Source: Bacteroidia bacterium
Lineage (GTDB): Bacteria; Bacteroidota; Bacteroidia; Bacteroidales; VadinHA17
Length of the DNA stretch: 57,974 nucleotides
NCBI GenBank assembly: GCA_026391595.1
Contig: JAPLDY010000033.1
Span: 1-57,974, forward strand
Direction of reading: 5' to 3'
A program made the position numbers and the translations under genes. Each line of letters begins with the position of its first letter. Within the stretch, counting starts at the first letter, position 1. The notes below the pieces were generated by a model. That model searched no databases and was not told where the DNA came from. It saw only the letters and a list, made by a program, of their open reading frames with translations. Shown here piece after piece: positions 34,322-43,583 of the stretch.

Positions 34322-37300
34322 TCAAGTTACCAAATTCTTAAACAATCGCTTTCTTAACCTGAATTTTTCAATAAACCTTACTGCTTTGGCAAGAATTTCA
34401 TAATACAACATCAGGTAGAGAGCAAGTGTACTGAGCAATACAAGTATAATATTAAAAGTGAAAGTATCAATTTTCATACCGAAAATATATTTTGCAGGTG
34501 CATAGAAATGAGTCCTGAACCCAAGAAATCCGCGTTTTAACGGATCGAGGTAAATAGGATCAATATTCTGGACAATCGTATTTTTGTAGAAAAGTATCTT
34601 CTTTCTTTCATAGTATTTTTTTACGATTTCCTCAAGCTTGTAATTGTAGTAATCATCGCGGAGCTTATCCAGTGCGGTTTTGTTGAGGATGTAGAACTTA
34701 TCCTTTCTGTCGCTGGCGGAATTAGATACTGTACTGAATATGACATCCAGCTTTTCGATATATTCTTTCAATGAATCCGCAACTGCCTTGTTGAATTTCG
34801 AGGGAATAAGGTTATCAAGATACCTGAATTCCGGGAAACCGTACAAATCAGGCATTTTGCCAATCTCATTCTTTAGCAGAATGAGCTTGCTATATTCTGT
34901 GTTTATATCTTTTGGCAGGTCGGATTGGATTGCCATGTTCAAAGAGTTGCTGTTGTATTCATGAATGCTGGTATCAAGTGCTTTTCTGAGCTCCGGTAAT
35001 CTGTGCACCTTGTTGAAATCTGCCTGGCTTATCTTTTTCTGAAGAATATAAAATGTCTCACCATGCTTGTTGTATTTCTGGGTGCTGTACCTGTTGTCCT
35101 TGAACTGAGAAACCATAAGCGCTTCATATGTCCATCTGGTTGGCATCAGTTCAGCTATAACCGGTACCTTTTCAACACTGCCGATCTTTCTGTTCAGCTT
35201 GTCGAAGGAGAACATAGCGCCACTTAGAACCATCATTGGAATTATCAGGAGCGGAATGATTATGTATATCGTTATGGCTGAATTAAAAGAAGCAGAAATA
35301 TTGAGGCCAACCATATTGGCGCAGAATGCCGTAGTGAAAAGCGCCAGCCAGTATTGGAGCAGCATTCCTTTTATCCCAAGTATCGGATTTGCAATGAGAA
35401 GAAACAGTAAAGCCTGAAGGGCAGAAATGATTATCAGGATACCGACTTTGGCAAGAAGATAGCTTGTTCTGCTCAGGTTCAGGAATCGCTCCCTCTTGAG
35501 GATCTTCCTGTCGCGGAAAATTTCCTCAGCACTTATCGTAAGTCCCAGGAATAAGGCAACTATCAAGCTCATGAAAATATAGATCGGAATATTTTCATTC
35601 TCAGAGAAAATATAAACTTTTGAATTTGGATCAGGGATATATCTGATAATGAATGACAGAACAAATCCGAGAATGGGAGCTTCAAAAAGGGTCAGCTGCA
35701 CATATTGCCTGTTGGCCATCTTGCTTTTAAGATCCCTTGTAAAATATATCAGGAATTGTCTTAGCAGGCCGGGTCTTTGCAGGTTCTTGTGGGGAGGCTC
35801 TTTTACCTCAGGCACATTTGATATCGGATTCTTCTGACTGAATCTATCGGCCCACTCCCTGGGTTTTACCTTCCTTTTGTCGGTGTACTGGCCGAACTCA
35901 TCTACAACATGTGCTTCTATGATGTTAAAGATCAGCTCGGTATTGACATTTCCGCACGAAGGGCATTCTCCAACATTTGAATTGATCTGGGCATCAAGGG
36001 TTTTGAAATAAATAACAGCATCGACAGGATTGCCATAAAAAGCCATGCAGCCATTCTGATCGAGAATTATGATCTTATCGAACATCTTGAATATCTCTGA
36101 AGAGGGCTGATGGATAACTGTAAATAAAAGCTTGCCCTTAAGGGTAAGATCCCTGAGGAGATCCATGAGGTTTTCAGAATCTCTTGAAGAGAGTCCGGAG
36201 GTTGGTTCATCAAGGAAGAGGACCGAAGGTTCCCTAATAAGCTCCAGCGCAATATTAAGCCGCTTTCTCTGCCCGCCGCTTATTACCTTATTAAAGGGAG
36301 TACCTACTTTAAGATCCCGCTTCTCGAGCAATCCAAGATTTGATAAAGTATGGTCGACAATCTCTGTTATCTCTTTTTTATTCTTTCCCTTGAAGCATTG
36401 ACATGCAGCAAAATACAGGTTTTCAAAAACTGTCAGGTCTTCTATCAAAAGATCGTCCTGCGGGACAAAGCCTAATACTCCTTCCAGTGCTGTACTGTCT
36501 TTTATTACGTCCAGCCCGTTTATCTTTACGGTTCCTCTGGTGGGTTTTTCAATGCCGCTCAGCAGATTAAGCAGCGTGGTCTTCCCTGATCCGCTGGCTC
36601 CCAGTATTCCAACAAGACTTCCTTCATCTATTGAAAAGCTTACATCATCAACCGCGGAATGACCCTCAACAAAATTGTACGTAAGATGCTCTACATTAAA
36701 TGAAAGTTTGTGTATTATTATATCTGAAAGGAATGTAGAACTTACATCACTGTAGTAAATCGGATAGCTTGTCGATGATCTCAGCGTTCCTCCCTTTGCA
36801 AAAGTATATACATGTCCGGGACTTACAGGGAGTCCGTTAAGATATAGCTGCTCCTTAGAGATATATTTAATGAAATACAGGTTAACGCTTGCAATCCTAA
36901 GGAAAAAAATACTTGTATCCTGATATCCTGTAAGCATTCTCTTGCAGAGCTCACATTCCTCATGTCCCTGAGTAAGAATAAGAATGGAATCATTTTTAAG
37001 TTTTCCCGGTTCATTGTTCTTTACAAACTGTTCCGTTGCAGCAAATTCATCGGGAGATATTTTAAATACCTCGGCAACGGTGTTTATGATGTTCATCCTC
37101 TGCATGGTGAACCGGCGGTCGGCATTGACAAGTTCATAAAGGCGCATCAGAACCACTACTTTCTGTTCCTGGTTAAGAGTGCGGTTGATCTTTTTGCAGA
37201 TGCCAAGCACTTTTACCGAGTCTCTGACCGATGGAGTTGAAGGTTTCTTTTCAACAGTCTTTTCATTTACCGGTCCTGCATGCTCATCAAAAAGAGCAAG

Positions 37301-37441
37301 ATATTCCCTTACACTTTCCTGTGACAACTGTTTATTGAGGAATCCGGCAACATATTCGCGCTCATCCAATATCATACCGCCGTCCTGCTTGACGATAAGC
37401 GCAAACAATTCCATCAGTGCCTTCAGGATCTCTTCACTCAT
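34322..37441 (-). CDS. fused ABC transporter (NBD + ABC-2 type permease) with an N-terminal TerB-like module and a long C-terminal extension
   Basis: Walker A GASGSGKTTLLNLLSG, signature LSGGQRKRLNIALEL and Walker B VLFLDEPTSGLS, followed by about 6 TM segments. The N-terminus LMELFALIVKQDGGMILDEREYVAGFL resembles TerB-type modules. About 250 aa follow the permease. Confidence 0.8.
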   Translation of the reverse strand: MSEEILKALMELFALIVKQDGGMILDEREYVAGFLNKQLSQESVREYLALFDEHAGPVNEKTVEKKPSTPSVRDSVKVLGICKKINRTLNQEQKVVVLMRLYELVNADRRFTMQRMNIINTVAEVFKISPDEFAATEQFVKNNEPGKLKNDSILILTQGHEECELCKRMLTGYQDTSIFFLRIASVNLYFIKYISKEQLYLNGLPVSPGHVYTFAKGGTLRSSTSYPIYYSDVSSTFLSDIIIHKLSFNVEHLTYNFVEGHSAVDDVSFSIDEGSLVGILGASGSGKTTLLNLLSGIEKPTRGTVKINGLDVIKDSTALEGVLGFVPQDDLLIEDLTVFENLYFAACQCFKGKNKKEITEIVDHTLSNLGLLEKRDLKVGTPFNKVISGGQRKRLNIALELIREPSVLFLDEPTSGLSSRDSENLMDLLRDLTLKGKLLFTVIHQPSSEIFKMFDKIIILDQNGCMAFYGNPVDAVIYFKTLDAQINSNVGECPSCGNVNTELIFNIIEAHVVDEFGQYTDKRKVKPREWADRFSQKNPISNVPEVKEPPHKNLQRPGLLRQFLIYFTRDLKSKMANRQYVQLTLFEAPILGFVLSFIIRYIPDPNSKVYIFSENENIPIYIFMSLIVALFLGLTISAEEIFRDRKILKRERFLNLSRTSYLLAKVGILIIISALQALLFLLIANPILGIKGMLLQYWLALFTTAFCANMVGLNISASFNSAITIYIIIPLLIIPMMVLSGAMFSFDKLNRKIGSVEKVPVIAELMPTRWTYEALMVSQFKDNRYSTQKYNKHGETFYILQKKISQADFNKVHRLPELRKALDTSIHEYNSNSLNMAIQSDLPKDINTEYSKLILLKNEIGKMPDLYGFPEFRYLDNLIPSKFNKAVADSLKEYIEKLDVIFSTVSNSASDRKDKFYILNKTALDKLRDDYYNYKLEEIVKKYYERKKILFYKNTIVQNIDPIYLDPLKRGFLGFRTHFYAPAKYIFGMKIDTFTFNIILVLLSTLALYLMLYYEILAKAVRFIEKFRLRKRLFKNLVT

Positions 37442-37490
37442 AAATGAATTGTGAAATGCTCGTTTTCAGAAAACCGAAGATATGAAAAAT

Positions 37491-38576
37491 CTAGCTTTTC
37501 TTTGTTGTGGGCTTTACAAATTTTCTCTGTATCCATCCGGGAACGATTATCGCTCCTCCGATCAGGAAAGGATAATAGCTGATTAGTCTCCATATAAGGG
37601 TCATTGCAAGGGCAACACCGCCTACATTAACGGGGTCGACTGGCAACAGGTCCGAAATATACCTCCCAAGAATTATTTCTGCGAATCCGCTGCCCCCGGG
37701 AGTCGGACTCACTATCATTATTATCCAGAGTACCATCTCCCTTGCAAATACCAGAAAGGTGTCACTTATGGCGAAGAAGGCAAGGAGAATTGCATTTACT
37801 ACCCAGTATCTCGCCGTCCACGTAAGGAAAGTGGAGAGCATGGCCTTAAACCAGAATTTTAAGGATTCTTTTCTAAGCTCAAGGGAACTTTCAATCAGAT
37901 CTGTACCGGCTTTAGCTGCAGCTGATTTCCATCTCCTGAGAATTGGCAGCAGGAAAATCGAAACGATAAGCTTGCTTATTGCAGCCGGATTGATGAAAAG
38001 TCCATACCCGACAAGCAGAACCCAAACAAGTATTATTGAATAGCCAATTATTGTCACCGTGACAAGGTTGTTTAAAAGTGCTATACCGGTGCCCTGTAAC
38101 GAAGTGATAAATATTTCTTTTCCTCCAATTAATAAGATCATAAGCGGCAGCATAATGACAAAATATAATTCATCGAGGAATGAGGTTACAAGTGTTACCG
38201 CAGTGCTGCGTCCGGTATTTATCCCCTCCTTGTGAAGAAAAATAACTGCAAGAGCTGTGCCTCCGACAGTTGATGGGGTTATCGCAGAACTAAATTCCCA
38301 GAGCATTATTACCCTGAATGCCTGCTTCCATGAGAGATCATTATTGGTAAGAATCCTGATCCTTACCATATAGAAAAAAGTCCGGAGGAGAACCAACATA
38401 AATGCTGCAAATAACCAGAATGGAGCTTTCCAGGTAAATTTTATCTCCCGGAAGACATTTATATTTAAATCCTTCACTATTAGCCAGATGACAACGACAA
38501 GCCCTATTGCAATAGGAATTATTATCCTTCGCGGGTGAAGCTGTCTTGCAATATCATTTTGGGCATTTCCTGTCAT
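37491..38576 (-). CDS. flippase-like membrane protein (UPF0104 / lysyl-PG synthase TM-region family)
   Basis: 361 aa with about 8 TM segments. The pattern, including SPTPGGSGFAEI, is typical of this family. Confidence 0.7.
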   Translation of the reverse strand: MTGNAQNDIARQLHPRRIIIPIAIGLVVVIWLIVKDLNINVFREIKFTWKAPFWLFAAFMLVLLRTFFYMVRIRILTNNDLSWKQAFRVIMLWEFSSAITPSTVGGTALAVIFLHKEGINTGRSTAVTLVTSFLDELYFVIMLPLMILLIGGKEIFITSLQGTGIALLNNLVTVTIIGYSIILVWVLLVGYGLFINPAAISKLIVSIFLLPILRRWKSAAAKAGTDLIESSLELRKESLKFWFKAMLSTFLTWTARYWVVNAILLAFFAISDTFLVFAREMVLWIIMIVSPTPGGSGFAEIILGRYISDLLPVDPVNVGGVALAMTLIWRLISYYPFLIGGAIIVPGWIQRKFVKPTTKKS

Positions 38577-38638
38577 GAGTCGCTAAAGATTCAATAAATT
38601 TGCATCAATTCCAAAAAAGCAATGATCAGATATATTCA

Positions 38639-38646
38639 TTAATTTT
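38639..38646 (+). promoter_or_regulatory. candidate -7 box (TAATTTTG) for the GH2/GH39 pair
   Basis: TAnnTTTG match 31 nt upstream of ATG 38677. A second match, TAAATTTG, lies at 38595-38602. Confidence 0.4.
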
Positions 38647-38676
38647 GAAATAATTAATGTAAATTATACACTAAAA

Positions 38677-41118
38677 ATGAAAAGAGATTCTTTTTATAAG
38701 TTCATCATCGTCATCTGCATATCAATTCTTTCCGGTCTAAGTTCAGCGGCACAGGTCAGTGGAAGGGAAATACAAAATTTTAATTTTGACTGGAAGTTTT
38801 ATAAAGGCGATGTTGTCAATGGTCAGAGCGTTACCCTCGACGACTCTGGATGGAGGAATCTCGACCTGCCGCACGACTGGAGCATCGAAGGGTCGTTCAG
38901 CAAGGATAACTCCAGTTGTACGGCTTATTTGCCGGGAGGGATTGGATGGTACAGGAAGTCATTTACAATTCCCGGAAAAACAAAAAACCGTAAGTATTTC
39001 ATAAGCTTTGACGGGATTTACAATAACAGCGAAGTCTGGATAAACGGGACTTTTCTGGGTAAAAGGCCGAACGGATATATTTCATTTCAGTACGATCTTA
39101 CTCCTTATCTGAATTATAATTCTGTAAACCTTATAGCAGTCAGGGTCGACCACACTAAAGATGGCGATTCCCGCTGGTACACCGGCTCGGGAATTTACAG
39201 GAACGTGAAACTGATTTCTACAGACCAGGCACATGTGAAACAATGGGGCATAAACTATACGACACTTGAGGTTTCTGCCGGTAAAGCAATCATATCGGTT
39301 AATACAAAAATTATAAATGAAGCAAAGAAAAAGACCAGACTGATTGTTACCAATACTCTCTGGCATGGCAGTACTGTTGCCGGAAAAGCAACTGCAGTAA
39401 TTAGCCTGGATTCCGGAAGTGAAAAAACCGTGACACAGGTCATCAGCATAGATAAGCCTGAACTCTGGGATATTGAAACCCCAGTATTATATTATCTGAC
39501 CACTGAAGTCAATGGCAGCAAAATGAATGATAATCTTGTCACACCTGTCGGCTTTCGCACAATAAGTTTTGATGCTGATAAGGGATTTTATCTTAACGGA
39601 AAGAATTTGAAACTAAAGGGTATATGCATGCATCATGATGCTGGTACTCTTGGTTCAGCCGTTCCCAGGGAAGAGATCGCCCGCCGCCTCGATATCCTTA
39701 AAGAGATGGGTTGTAATGCCATCAGGACAAGCCATAATCCATTCTCGCCAGATTTCCTCGATCTTTGCGATGAGAAGGGATTTCTTGTTATAGATGAAGC
39801 TTTTGATGAATGGGAACTGCCGAAGAAAAAATGGCTTCAGGGATGGAACGTCGGAACCCCCGGGAAAGAAGGCTATTCAGAATATTTCAAGGATTGGGCA
39901 AAATCAGATCTCCGGGATTTTATCCTGAGGGACAGGAATCATCCTTCCGTCATAATGTGGAGCATAGGAAATGAGGTCGATTATCCTAACGATCCTTATA
40001 CGCATCAGATCCTTGACACCGAAGCCAATCCCCAAACATGGGCAAAGTTCAGCGAGTCGCTGCCGCATGCAAACAGGCTTGGCGAAGTTGCAAGGGAGCT
40101 GGTTTCTGTAATAAAGGAATTGGACACGACAAGGTCTGTAACAGCAGGATTGGCTTCTGCACTTATGTCAAACGAAACAGGCTATGCAGATGCCCTCGAT
40201 GTGGCTGGCTACAATTACCAGGAGTCCAGATATGAAGCCGACCATAAAAAATATCCAATGCGCCCTTTTTACGGTAGTGAAAACGGAATGACACTCGAAA
40301 TGTGGAACTATGTTGCAGATAAAGATTATGTTATAGGTCAATTCCTATGGACAGGCTTTGAATATCTCGGTGAAGCAGGCCGCTTCCCGGTGCGCTCAAA
40401 TACTGCAGGGGTTATTGATCTGGCTGGCAACAAAAAACCCGAATTCTTTTTCCGGCAGAGCCTCTGGAGCGATAAGCCGATGGTCTTCATCGGGACTTCA
40501 GACCGGCTTACGGAAAGGGGTCCGATAAGCCTGTGGGATCACAAACTTGTAGAGCCCCTCTGGAATTATGATGAAGGGAAGATGATTAGTGTAAATGCAT
40601 TTGCAAATTGCGGGGAGGTTGAACTCTTTATTAACGGAAAGTCGCTTGGTAACAAGAAAATGACTGATTTTAAGAACCGGGCAATTACATGGGAGGTACC
40701 GTTTGAAAAGGGGACACTTAAGGCAGTCGCAAGAAACAATAGAGCCGAAACAGCTTCGTACGAATTAAAAACAACAGGTTCTCCTGTCAATATTGTCGCC
40801 CGGTGCGATGATCAATCCATGAAAGCTGATAGACAGGATATCTCCCATATTTTTGTTACACTCTGTGATGAAGCAGGTAATATTGTCTATAATACCGGCA
40901 ATGAAATAACCTGCGAAATATCCGGTCCCGCACGTCTCATTGGAATGGAAGATTCGAATCCGTCAAACATTGAGGATTATAAAGACAATAAACAGCATGC
41001 ATTTCATGGGAAATTGCTTATCTATCTGCAATCTACAGATAAGACCGGACCGGTGACAGTTAAATTATCATCACCGGGATTAACAGGAACCTATGTCGAA
41101 TTGAATGTTCCAAAATGA
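38677..41118 (+). CDS. glycoside hydrolase family 2 (beta-galactosidase/beta-glucuronidase-like)
   Basis: Signal peptide; FNFDWKFYKGD, WRNLDLPHDWSIEG, NAIRTSHNP, NHPSVIMWSIGNE (acid/base Glu), GQFLWTGFEYLGE. Confidence 0.88.
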   Translation: MKRDSFYKFIIVICISILSGLSSAAQVSGREIQNFNFDWKFYKGDVVNGQSVTLDDSGWRNLDLPHDWSIEGSFSKDNSSCTAYLPGGIGWYRKSFTIPGKTKNRKYFISFDGIYNNSEVWINGTFLGKRPNGYISFQYDLTPYLNYNSVNLIAVRVDHTKDGDSRWYTGSGIYRNVKLISTDQAHVKQWGINYTTLEVSAGKAIISVNTKIINEAKKKTRLIVTNTLWHGSTVAGKATAVISLDSGSEKTVTQVISIDKPELWDIETPVLYYLTTEVNGSKMNDNLVTPVGFRTISFDADKGFYLNGKNLKLKGICMHHDAGTLGSAVPREEIARRLDILKEMGCNAIRTSHNPFSPDFLDLCDEKGFLVIDEAFDEWELPKKKWLQGWNVGTPGKEGYSEYFKDWAKSDLRDFILRDRNHPSVIMWSIGNEVDYPNDPYTHQILDTEANPQTWAKFSESLPHANRLGEVARELVSVIKELDTTRSVTAGLASALMSNETGYADALDVAGYNYQESRYEADHKKYPMRPFYGSENGMTLEMWNYVADKDYVIGQFLWTGFEYLGEAGRFPVRSNTAGVIDLAGNKKPEFFFRQSLWSDKPMVFIGTSDRLTERGPISLWDHKLVEPLWNYDEGKMISVNAFANCGEVELFINGKSLGNKKMTDFKNRAITWEVPFEKGTLKAVARNNRAETASYELKTTGSPVNIVARCDDQSMKADRQDISHIFVTLCDEAGNIVYNTGNEITCEISGPARLIGMEDSNPSNIEDYKDNKQHAFHGKLLIYLQSTDKTGPVTVKLSSPGLTGTYVELNVPK

Positions 41119-42815
41119 AATTACTTATGAAGAGACTCCCGGCGCTATTCATTGGCTTGCTATTATGCATCAATACTCCTGGTCAGGAAGTACGATCATC
41201 TGTTGCTATTTCGGTCGATCTGAAAAATGAAATGGGGAACCTGGATTCCTTCTGGGCATGGTTCGGATATGACGAGCCAAACTATACCTACATGAAAGAC
41301 GGTAAGAAACTTCTTTCTGAGCTCTCTGCCCTGAGTCCGGTGCCTGTTCATATAAGGGCGCACAATCTTCTTAATACCGGCGATGGTATCGCTGCTCTTA
41401 AATGGGGATCAACAAATGTTTATACAGAAGATACAAAGGGCGATCCGATATATGACTGGACAATTATAGACAGGATATTCGATACATACGTTGAAAGAGG
41501 GATGAAACCTCTGGCCCAGATGGGTTTTATGCCCGAAGCGCTTTCATCAAACCCTGTACCGTACAAACACAATTGGAAACCGGGAGATCCTTATGATGAT
41601 ATTTATCTGGGTTGGAGATTCCCTCCGATAAATTATGAAAAATGGGGAGAGCTGATCTATCAGTGGGTCAGACATTCTGTCGAGAGATATGGTGCAAGTG
41701 AGGTTGAATCGTGGTATTGGGAGCTCTGGAATGAGCCCGATGCAAAATACTGGGGAGGAACGGTTGAAGAATACTGCATGCTGTATGATTATTCTTCAGA
41801 TGCAGTAAAACGCGCTTTGCCTGCATCAAAAGTCGGAGGGCCCCATGTTACAGGTCCGGCTGGTGCCAGTGCCGCAAGATTCCTCAACGAATTCCTGAAG
41901 CATTGCGAATCGGGGGTTAATGCTGCAACCGGAAAGGCAGGGGCGCCTCTCGATTTCATTGCATTTCATGCAAAAGGCGCTCCCCGTTTTATCGATGGCG
42001 TTGTGAGGATGAACATGGGAGCTGAGCTTCGCCAGATCGACAGGGGATTTTCAATAGTGGCCTCGAATGCTAAGTATAAGGATCTTCCTGTAATAATCGG
42101 AGAGTGCGATCCTGAAGGATGTGCAGCTTGCGGCATGACTCAGTATCCGCAGAACGGATACCGCAACGGGACGATGTATTCAAGCTATACTGCATCATCA
42201 TTTGCAAAGATATATGACCTGGCTAATGATTATAGGGTAAACCTGCTTGGTGTCGTGTCGTGGTCTTTTGAGTTTGAAGATCAGCCATGGTTCCATGGTT
42301 TCCGTGATCTTTCTACCAACGGTGTGGATAAGCCGGTACTGAATGTTTTCAGGATGTTCGGAATGATGGGCCCGGTAAGAGTGGAAGCAAAATCCAGCGA
42401 AGGATTTAATTATAAGAGCGTTATAGATTCAGGAGTACGGGGGAATAAGACAGATGTAGGAGCCCTGGCCTCAAAAAACAAAAATTATGCAACTGTTATG
42501 TTCTGGAATTATCATGATGATGATAGAATTTCAGCGGACGCACCTGTCCAGTTCACCATAAACGGAATTCCGGCAAAAAAAGTAAAAATTACTCAATATA
42601 GAATTGACAGGGATAACAGCAACTCATATGAATTATGGAAAAAGATGGGATCACCTCAGGATCCGACTACTGAACAGTACTCCAGGCTTGAAAAAGCAGG
42701 TATGCTGAAGATGTACGATATCCCTGTCGTGCAAAAAGTGAAAAAAGGAGTTATAAAGATCAAAACATCAATTCAGCGCCAGGGAGTAGGGATGGTCAAG
42801 ATTGAATGGGATTAA
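41115..42815 (+). CDS. GH39-like glycoside hydrolase
   Basis: Signal peptide; VESWYWELWNEPD (NEP acid/base motif), IAFHAKG, IIGECDPEG. Its start overlaps the GH2 stop by 4 nt. Confidence 0.6.
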   Translation: MKLLMKRLPALFIGLLLCINTPGQEVRSSVAISVDLKNEMGNLDSFWAWFGYDEPNYTYMKDGKKLLSELSALSPVPVHIRAHNLLNTGDGIAALKWGSTNVYTEDTKGDPIYDWTIIDRIFDTYVERGMKPLAQMGFMPEALSSNPVPYKHNWKPGDPYDDIYLGWRFPPINYEKWGELIYQWVRHSVERYGASEVESWYWELWNEPDAKYWGGTVEEYCMLYDYSSDAVKRALPASKVGGPHVTGPAGASAARFLNEFLKHCESGVNAATGKAGAPLDFIAFHAKGAPRFIDGVVRMNMGAELRQIDRGFSIVASNAKYKDLPVIIGECDPEGCAACGMTQYPQNGYRNGTMYSSYTASSFAKIYDLANDYRVNLLGVVSWSFEFEDQPWFHGFRDLSTNGVDKPVLNVFRMFGMMGPVRVEAKSSEGFNYKSVIDSGVRGNKTDVGALASKNKNYATVMFWNYHDDDRISADAPVQFTINGIPAKKVKITQYRIDRDNSNSYELWKKMGSPQDPTTEQYSRLEKAGMLKMYDIPVVQKVKKGVIKIKTSIQRQGVGMVKIEWD

Positions 42816-42828
42816 AATAATAAAAAGT

Positions 42829-42936
42829 CCTGCAAGACCTGCACGACCTGCACGACCTGCACGACCTGCAAGTCCTGCACGACCTGCAAGACCTGCACGA
42901 CCTGCAAGACCTGCACGACCTGCAAGACCTGCACGA
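42829..42936. repeat. tandem repeat, 9 bp x 12 (CCTGCAAGA / CCTGCACGA variants)
   Basis: Twelve contiguous units in the order A C C C A' C A C A C A C, where A=CCTGCAAGA, C=CCTGCACGA and A'=CCTGCAAGT. The array lies between two convergent stops (42815 and 42947). Confidence 0.9.
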
Positions 42937-42946
42937 CAATTCTTAA

Positions 42947-43456
42947 CTATTTCTTATCGTAAGCCACTGTCGTCTTCGTCTCAGCGCCATCGGGACCGGT
43001 TCTTGCATTAGTGATAAGCAATACCTTGCCTTCCTCGGAAAGCTTCCAGGTTTCAGAAGAATTCATAGTCCTGGTTTCGCCGTTCATGTCGAATGTCATG
43101 GTGTGGGCCATTGTGAGAGAAGCCTTATCGGCAGACCATGTTACAGTCGATTTCCTTGTAGTGTTGAACATGGGATTTTCACTGACGGTACCATCCAGGT
43201 TGTATTTTGCGGTAGATTTCGTTTCACCGCCGTCACGACCTGGCATAGTACTCTCAACTGAAAGAACTTTTGCATCCTGGGTGACAACCATTGTTGTTGC
43301 AGCAAAACGGAACTGGCTCTCACCGAAATTGCTTTTCGATTCATTATAAGCCCATGTGCCTGCAAAATTGGTCTGGGCAAAGAGTCCTGCAGAAATTAGA
43401 AGAAATACAACGGAAACAATCAATTTCCCGTGTCCTGAAATTCTTATGTTTTTCAT
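42947..43456 (-). CDS. small secreted beta-rich protein, unknown function
   Basis: 169 aa with a signal peptide (VVFLLISAGLFAQ). T/S/N-rich alternating pattern. Confidence 0.65.
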   Translation of the reverse strand: MKNIRISGHGKLIVSVVFLLISAGLFAQTNFAGTWAYNESKSNFGESQFRFAATTMVVTQDAKVLSVESTMPGRDGGETKSTAKYNLDGTVSENPMFNTTRKSTVTWSADKASLTMAHTMTFDMNGETRTMNSSETWKLSEEGKVLLITNARTGPDGAETKTTVAYDKK

Positions 43457-43583
43457 GTTGATTTTGGATAAGTGTTTATAATAAATAAGACAAACAATCC
43501 TGTCGTTTTATTCCTGAATGTCGAAAATAACTATTTTTACGATAAAAGAGATATAGATTCCTGATTTTTTTCATAATACTGCC

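Noticed and set aside
42802-43011. 69-aa ORF encoding PARPARPARPA...
   Set aside because: The ORF exists only because the 9-bp tandem repeat is open in this frame. Its start overlaps the GH39-like stop and its end overlaps the convergent gene. There is no start context and no non-repeat domain.
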